Assembly: GCF_004010195.1 (NCBI RefSeq)
Contig: NC_057726.1
Location: 53,180,722 to 53,244,721, forward strand
Length of the DNA stretch: 64,000 nt
Source: Chiloscyllium plagiosum
Taxonomy: Eukaryota
Direction of reading: 5' to 3'
Made by a program: the position numbers and the translations under genes. A model generated the notes under the pieces. It was not told the DNA's origin. It did not search any database and worked only from the letters and a program-made list of their open reading frames with translations. Shown here in pieces: positions 56,168-64,000 of this stretch. Numbering within the stretch: the stretch's first letter is position 1; every line of letters begins with the position of its first letter.

Positions 56168-59100
56168 CATATAGAACAGTACAGCACAGAACAGGCCCTT
56201 CAGCCCAAGATGTTGTGCCGACCATTGATCCTCACGTATGCACCCTCAAATTTCTGTGACCATATGCATGTCCAGCAGTCTCTTAAATATCCCCAATGAC
56301 CTCGCTTCCACATCTGTTGGCAACGCATTTCATGCTCTCTCAACTCTCTGCCTCTGACATCCCCGCTATACTTTCCGCCAAACAGCTTAAAACTATGACC
56401 CCTCATGTTAACAGTTTCTGCTGTGGGAAAAAGTCGCAGGCTATCAACTTTATCTATGCCTCTCATTATCTTGTACACCTCAGGTCCCCCCTCTTCCTTT
56501 TTTCCAATGAAAAAAGTCCAAGCTCAGTCAACCTCTCTTTGTAAGATAAGCCCTCCATTCCAGGCAGCATCCTGGTAAACCTCATCTGAACCCTCTCCAA
56601 AGCATCCACATCTTTCCTATAACAGGGTGACCAGAACTGGACACAGTATTCAAAGTGCGGTCTAACCAAAGTTTTGTAGAGCTGCAACAAGATCTCATGG
56701 CTCTTAAAATCAAACTCAATCCCCCTGTTAATGAAAGCCAAAACACCATATGCTTAAAGGATCTATGAACCTGCAAACCAAGATCCCGCTGTTCCTCCAT
56801 ACTGCCAATAATCCTGTCTTTAATCCTGTACTCAACGTTCAAGTTCAACCTTCAAAAATGCATCACTTTGCGTTTACCAGGTTGAACTCCATCTGCCACC
56901 CCTCAGCCCATCTCTGCATCCTGTCAATGTCACTCTGCAGCCTATAACAGTCCTCTATACTGTCAACAACATCTCCAACCTTTGTGTTGTCTGCAAACTT
57001 GCTAACATCCTTCAATCCCCTAAATCATTAATAGAAATTACAAAGAGTAGAGGCCCAAGAACAGAGCCCTGTGGAACACCACTGACTTCCAGGCAGAATA
57101 CTTTCCTTCCACTACCACTTGCTGTCTTCTGTCAACCAGCCAATTCTGTATCCAGACAGCTAAATTTCCCTGTATCCCATTCCTCCTGACCTTCTGAACA
57201 AGCCTACCATGGGGAACCTTATCAAATGCCTTGCTGAAGTCCATATACACCACATCCACCGCTCAGCCCTCATCAACTTGTCTAGTAACATCCTCAAAGA
57301 ACTCAATGAGATTTGTGAGGCATGACCTGCCCCTCTCAAAGCCGTGCTGTGACTGCATTTAATCAAGCCATGCTCTTCCAGATGGTCCTAAATCCTATCC
57401 CTCAATCCTTTCTAACACCTTGCAGATGACAGATGTGAGACTGGCTGGTCTGTAATTGCTGGGGATTTCCCTATTTCCTTTGTTGAAGAGAGGAATTACA
57501 TTTGCCTCCCTCCAGTCCTCTGGTACGACTCCGGTGGCGAGCGAGGATGCAAAGATCTTTGCAAGCGGCAAAGCAACCCATTTCTCGCTTCCCAAAGCAG
57601 CCGAGGACAAATCTGGTCTGGCCCTGGCAACTTGTCAATCTTAATGTTTGTCAAAATTTTCAGCACATCAGCCTCCTCAATCTCTATCTATTCCAGCATG
57701 CTTACCTGCTCCTCAATGGTTTCATTCACTACAAGGTCCTTTTCTTTAGTTAAGACAGAAGCAAAAAACTCATTTCGGGCTTCCCCTCACACCTCAGACT
57801 CTATGCACAAGTTCCCTATGCTATCCCTGATCGGCCCTACTCTTTCTTTGATCATTCTCCTATTCCTCACATATGTGTAAAATGCCTTTGGATTCTCCCT
57901 AATCCTTCCTGCCAAGCCGTTTTCACGTCCCCTCCTGGCTCTCCTCAGACCATTTTTGAGCTGCTTCCTCGCCTGCCTGTAATCCTCTAGAGCTGAGCAA
58001 GACCCTTGCTTCCTCCACCTTACGGAAGCTGCCTTCTTTCTTTTGACGAGAAGCTCCTCTGCTCTCGTCCTCAAAGGTTCATTTATCTTACCCCTTCATG
58101 CCTGTCTCAGAGGGACTTATTTATTCATCACTCTCAGCAACTGTTCCTTAAACAGTCTCCATATGTCTTTAGTGCCCTTTCCATGGAACAATTGCTCCCA
58201 GTCCATGCTTCCCAACTCACGTCTGATAGCATCACAGTTTCCTTTTCCCCAATTAAATATCCTCCCATTGTGCTTGCTTCTCTCCTTCTCCATAGCTATG
58301 TAGAATGTGAGGCAGTTGTTGTCACTATCACCAAAATGCTCTCCCACCGCAAGATCTGACACCTGCCCTGGCTCATTGCCGAGCACCAAGTCTAGAATGG
58401 CCTCTCCCCTCGTCGGCCTGTCAACTGTGTTAGGAAACCCTCCTGAACACACTTTATAAAAACAGCTCCTTCCAAACCATCTGCTCGAAGGAGGTTCCAT
58501 CAATATTGTGAAAGTTAGTCACCCATTAAAACAACCCTACTATATTCACACTTTTCCAAAATCTGCTGACCTATGCTTAATTTCCACCCATACTGACTCA
58601 GTAGGCAGACCCTCCTCGACAATGGTAGCTTCTGTAGCTGTGATATCCTCTCTGACTACACCCTCTCCTCTTTCCCCCCCCCCCATTCTTTTTAAATGTT
58701 CTAAACCCTGGAACATCCAGCAACCATTCCTGCCCCTGAGAAACCCACTTCTCTGTATGGCCACAACATCATAGCACCAGGTTCCCACCCCCCTGCCATA
58801 TAGGTTTAAACCCTCCTGAACCACTCGAGCAAACCTTCCACCCAGGACATTGGTCCCCTTCCAGTTCAGGTGCAACCAGTCCTTCACGTACAGGTCCCAC
58901 CTTCCCCAGAAGGCATCCCAATTATCTACATATCTGAAGCCCTCCTACACCAGCTGCGCAGCCACGTGTTAAGCTGCACCCTCTCCCTGTTCCTCACCTC
59001 GCTATCTCGTGGCACTGGTCGTAAACCCGAGAACACTACTCTGTTCGTCCTGGGCTGCAGCTTCCACCCTAGCTCCCTGAAATAACTTTATATCCTCAAT

Positions 59101-59420
59101 CCTTTTCCTAGCTATATCATTGGTGCCAATACGCAACACGATTTCTGGCTGTTCATCCTCCCCTTTCAGAATCTTATACACCCGATCGGAGACGTCCCGG
59201 ACCCTGGCACCAGGGAGGCAACATACCTTCCGGGAATCCCGATCCTGACTACAAAATCTCCTGTCAATTCTCCTAACAATCGCATCTCCTACCACTAGCG
59301 CTTTTCTATTCTGCCCCTTTCCCTTCTGGGCCACTGTCAGGCTCAGTGCCAGAGAACTCTCCTTTGGTAGGTCATTTCCCCCCCCCCCCCCCCCCCCACC
59401 AGTATCCAAAACTATATACT
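56168..59420 (-). mobile_element. Long CR1 LINE (ORF1 esterase plus ORF2 EN/RT), degenerate
   Basis: ORF1: ALVVGDAIVRRIDRRFC..VCCLPGARVRDV..IGTNDI, DWLHLNWKGTNVLGG. EN: PTRGEAILDLVLGNE..SDNN. RT: [38 protein letters not shown]. Multiple frameshifts. Confidence 0.95.
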
Positions 59421-60519
59421 TACTATTTTCTCATTACTTTCTCATTATTTTCTACACCTCAGTCAGGTTTCCCTCACAGCCTTCTTTTGCTCTAAGGAAA
59501 ACAGTCCCAGCCTATCTTTATAGTTGAATCACTCCAGTCCAGGCAGCATCTTGGTGAATTTCCTCTATGCTCTTCCTGTAGTGTGGCATCCAGAAGTGTA
59601 TACAATACTACTAGAGCCCTCACTTTTTAAAAATTTTTTTGTTTTATCACTTTCGGTTGGAGCTGAGCGCGGTGAGCTAAAACTGACTTTTGAACTGTGG
59701 GTAACAGCTTGTGTGGAACAGAAAACAGATCAAACAAGCTTTTGTTTTTGAGGCCAAGCCTGGAAGTTAATTGCAGGTTGGTTCCTGAACCAAAAGCTCT
59801 GCAGATGCTTAGTCTAGCAGGGAAGAGCATTATAGTTAAACAGATAACAAAGTTGGCTATTAACAAGGCCACTACATGGGAGGTGGTCGCTGGAAGTCTG
59901 GAAAAGACAATGCTCAAGCAGATGTTGAATGGTAACTGGGGCCATGAGAAGATTGTTAGTGTGTGGTTAAAGTTCGAAAGAGGGGAGAAGAAGGGCATTG
60001 GGCTGTTGATGCTACAGCATGAATTTCTGCCTAACCTCCCATGAGCTGCTGTTGGAGACTCAATAGAAAACTGATAGTTATTGCCTTTATCTGAGTGAAC
60101 TGTAAATATGACAGTGTTTGACATCTTCAGAAAATCAACCAAAAAATCCATCTTTGCCTGTGGGACAATGTATCACGAAAACTGAGTAATCTGGCCTAAC
60201 TTGTTCTTTTCTCATTTATTCCATAACTTTCATTTGTCTGTTTTGTCAAAATGGGGCTGAAAACAAATGCTTTTTTTAGAGCATATACCAATTAGATTAC
60301 CTAGTGTCATTTTGCTCTTCTAAGTTATTACGTTGTTAATAGATTGCTAAATCTTTTGTTTAAAATACAACTGGTGTCTGGAATTGATTATTCCGTGTGA
60401 TTGGTTATTCAAAAGTCTGATCAGGGACTGCTGGGGTCAATTTTGAGGATCTTTGAAGGTTTTAATTTTACCTATTGTGAATACAGAAGTAGAAAGGTTG
60501 ATTTTTGATTCAGCTGCCT

Positions 60520-61300
60520 TTCTCCATGTCATAACACATCCCAAAATGTATCACCTCATGCTTTTCAGGATTAAATTCAATTTACCACTCTTTAACCCAC
60601 TTGACTAGCCTGTCTATATTGACTGGTAGTCTAAGGCTTTCATTCTTACTATTTATTACACCACCAACTTTCATGTCATCTGCAAAACCTACTGATACTT
60701 CTAGATCATGCTTCCTAAATGTCCAGATCACTAATGTACACTACAAACAGCAAGAACCCCAGCACCAAACCCCATTCCTAGGTACACACTTAGTCAAAGA
60801 CTCCTTGCAAACATCACCCTCTGGTTCTTGCAATTTGAATCCCATAAGCTCTTGGTCTCACACGGCAGAACTACTTTTGTCAAAGCCGTACTGAAGTCCA
60901 TGGAGGCTACATCAATCTCACTACCCTCATCTATGCATCTCGTCACCAGCTCAAAATATAATCAGATTTGTTAGATGTGATCTCCAGTCTAAGCCATGAT
61001 GACTATCCTTGATAATCTGAGCTTCTCGAAGAGAAGATTAATTCTAACTCGCTGATTTTTTTTTTAACAGTAGTTTCCCTATCCTGATTTTAGACTTACT
61101 GGCCAGTAGTTTTCTAGTTTTTCCCTTTCACCCATCTTTAACAGTGTAGTATTAACTGCTCTCCAAGCCTCTAGCATCCCCTCCTGTGACCGAGGGCATG
61201 AAAATTAATGTCAAAGCCCCTGCAATCTCCTCCTTTGCAACCTACGACAGCCTTGGGTATACCTCATCTGATCCTGAGAGCTTATTCATTTATCAACTTG
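60520..61300 (-). mobile_element. Old CR1 RT fragment
   Basis: Minus-strand ggtttgcagatgacatgaaagttggtggtgta-like (FADDMKVGGV) and catggacttcag blocks. Confidence 0.65.
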
Positions 61301-61889
61301 CAAGCTTGTTAAAACTCTTAATATCTGCTTCCTTTCAATATCCTATCCTCTTTGAGGAATATGGCCAATAATACAGCACATGAAACTGTAGGAATCCCAA
61401 TGTATATACCGATAAGAGTAGAAATGGAGGCTCTCATCTGCCTGATGATTGTACTCTACTGTCCCTGACCACAAAGTAGATCTGTGCTATCCCTGAAATT
61501 TAAAAGGAGGGGAGTGACAGTCTTTGATCAAAGTATCCGAAATAACTCACCTTTTCCTTAGTGTCTCACAATGCTTGCACCTCAGACTCCAATCAATAAT
61601 TCATATTTTCTTCAACTCTTTAAAAAGAAAAAAAATTGAAAAACTTTGTGAGGTGTGACTAATCAAGTTGCTTTGTTTCACAGACAAGTGAATTGTACAA
61701 AGTGTTGTGGCGCAACATCGAGGGCCGAAGGGCCTGTACTGCGCTGTTATGTTCTATGTAAAGTAGGTTCAACTTGGCTATTGCTTAAAGCCATTAAGTA
61801 ATCCAACACCGTATCATGGTGATCTAATCATTATTCGTTGAATTTAGCAACTTGTACAGTTCAATTCAGTTTCAATGGTGCCATATGCA

Positions 61890-63530
61890 CTCATAGATGG
61901 TATTGTCATGGGATCCCCACCAGACAATTCTCTCATATTTTTGGATTTCTTAAATATGTCTTTGATTAAATAACACCTACCCTCTTTCCTCTTGCATATT
62001 TCTGATATACAGCTGCTATCTTTGAATGCAAAGCTGAATGTAAGAATTTCCGGCCTTGTCTTATTGGCCTCCATCCTGTGCTCAAATTCATGTTTGAAAT
62101 GGAATAATCAAATTATAACTCCTTTTCCTCATTATTTTAGCTGAGAAATTAGTCAGGGATTCTCTACTGCTGTCTACTGCATTCCTACCTTCACTGGTCA
62201 GTATATACATTTGGCCTCCTACGGTTCCATGTGCTGTAATATTGGCCCTATTCCTCAAAAATAGGGCCCAAACCATTTGTTCACTGCAAACCTGCTGCTG
62301 AAACAGGGTCAAGAGTGTGGTGCTGGAAAAGCACAGCAGGTCAGGCAGCATACAAGGAGCAGGAGAATTAACATTTCAGATATAAGCCCTTCATATCTGA
62401 ATGAAGCTTGTGGGTTGAGAGATAAATGGGAGGGGTGTGGGGCTGGGGGGGAAGGTACCTGTGAATGTGGTAAGTGGGTGTAGCTGAAGTGGATAGGTGG
62501 GAAGGAAGATGGATAGGTGAAGAGGGCAGTGCTGAGTTGGAGGCTTGGGACTGGGATAAAGTGAGGAGAGAACAAGAGGAAACTGGTGAAATCCGCATTA
62601 ATGGGATAAGGTGGAGAGGGGGAACTCGGCACTACTCTCTTGACCTGTTCATCATCTTTTCCCACCTATCCGCTCCACCCTCCTCTCTGACCTATCACTT
62701 TCTCTCCCACCTTCATCCACCTGGCTCATTCCAAGGTATCTTCCCCACCTGCCTTCCATTTATATCTCATGCCTCCGGCCCACAAGCCTCATTCGTGATG
62801 AAGGCCTTATGCCCCGAAAGTCAATTTTCCTGCTTTGGATGCTGCCTGACCAGCTGTGCTTTTACTGCACCACACTCTCGACTCTGTTTCACACTCTCCA
62901 GCATATGTAGTCCTCGCTTTCTCCTAGTTGATGCTGAAACAGGACATACCAAGACCATCCTGCGGGATAATGGCTGTTTTGATTGGATCATTTATCATGT
63001 GAGCTTATGAACAGCCTGAAGGCAGTCATTCTCAATCCTGAAGATCACCAACCACCCATGCTTGCAACATGGACAGCACAATACCTAACGTTAGATGTGG
63101 TTCTGCAATTAGACAGCATTTGGATAATCGTGAATGTGTGAGGAAATATGCTGATAACCAATTCAGGATTGTCAGGTGGGTTCACAGTGTGCTGTAGTTT
63201 CATGTACTGGAAGCTAAATCTATTAATACATGGGGTCCTGTTTTTATGCAGACAGAAGGAACACATTTGTACTGTACCTGTTTCAGCTCAACAAAATAGG
63301 CGGCAACTGTTTACTGGTTCATCTCTGAAGAAGGTGACTTGATCAATCAGTCAGGCTGTCTGGTTTAAAACAAAGTCTGGATGCTAACCAATGAGCACAC
63401 TCCTATCATGTGCTATAAATGTTGGTTTTTCTGCTGAAATTGATATTTTTTGCGAAACGTCCTGATGAATGCAAGATGTTAAAATTTGACAACATGAGTG
63501 TTTTGAGCAATACCCAAGTTCTGTACTTGA
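61890..63530 (+). mobile_element. Decayed autonomous-type Penelope-like element (RT, C-terminal endonuclease end, pLTR), interrupted by another PLE
   Basis: IDGIVMGSP, GLHPVLKFMFEME, FSTAVYCIPTFTGQY and SAIRQHL...VLEAKSINTWGP..CRQKE, then gtcCTGATGAatgcaag at 63459. Confidence 0.8.
62308..62931. mobile_element. Fold-back PLE mini-element nested in a PLE
   Basis: Inverted pLTRs. Decayed core gtgatgaaggccttatgccccgaaa near 62795-62819. TSD tgctgaaacagg at 62296-62307 and 62932-62943. Confidence 0.85.
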
Positions 63531-64000
63531 AGAAATGACTATTAGATTCAACTTATTTTATTCAATCTTGCTTTATTTCCCAAAACAGGAAATTAAACCA
63601 CATGTTCTGACCTATTTTGTAGATTCATTCTTTTTTTGGTCCTTGAGGAATTCCCAAATTGGAAATCCTGACCTCGGCCAGGCCCTTATTCAACACTCAC
63701 TGATCATGCGTGCCTTCATCGCTTTGTCTGTCGCCAGTGGCAACTAAAATACCGATTTCTTCCTGAAGTGATTGGACAGTAGATTACACTAAAACCAGCT
63801 GTTTCTTCTCCATTTCTGCCATTCACAAAATGATTGGCCTGGGATAAACCCTCAGTTTATCCATTGTGACATTTTGCATACAGGCCCATCTGATTGTCAT
63901 TTATTTTTGCAATACTTGATAGCTTGTATTGTTTTTCCTTTTTCAAATCTGTACATACTGATTTCAGACTTCAACACACTTCAATAGAATTCCATCTCAA

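Noticed and set aside
59620-60482. Possible LTR-like element with 115-174 aa ORFs
   Set aside because: It interrupts an old CR1 and looks repeat-like, but I could not define termini, a TSD or any protein motif

Overview
Eukaryotic, repeat-dense DNA that reads as a cartilaginous fish (shark). The evidence is HE1-like V-SINEs, HER1/CR1 LINEs, DeuSINE-type SINEs and Penelope-like elements (PLEs). The only host gene I can support is a complete 8-exon ATP6V0D1 (V-ATPase V0 subunit d1) on the + strand. Its ATG is at 14254 and its stop ends at 53026, giving a 1056-nt CDS (351 aa) with all GT-AG introns and a 28.8-kb intron 1. It has a CpG-rich NRF1/ETS-type promoter. Most remaining sequence is decayed mobile DNA, and there are two N-gaps. 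The most unusual signals are: (1) a CR1 LINE copy (161-388) with about 30 clustered sense-strand A-to-G changes, an ADAR-like hyper-editing signature apparently fixed in genomic DNA; (2) hammerhead-ribozyme cores of several types in PLE termini, often in TSD-flanked fold-back mini-elements; (3) a nested inverted duplication abutting the ATP6V0D1 promoter; (4) a near-perfect inverted duplication of non-TE-looking sequence in intron 4. All TE family names and boundaries are by-eye calls, not database results.
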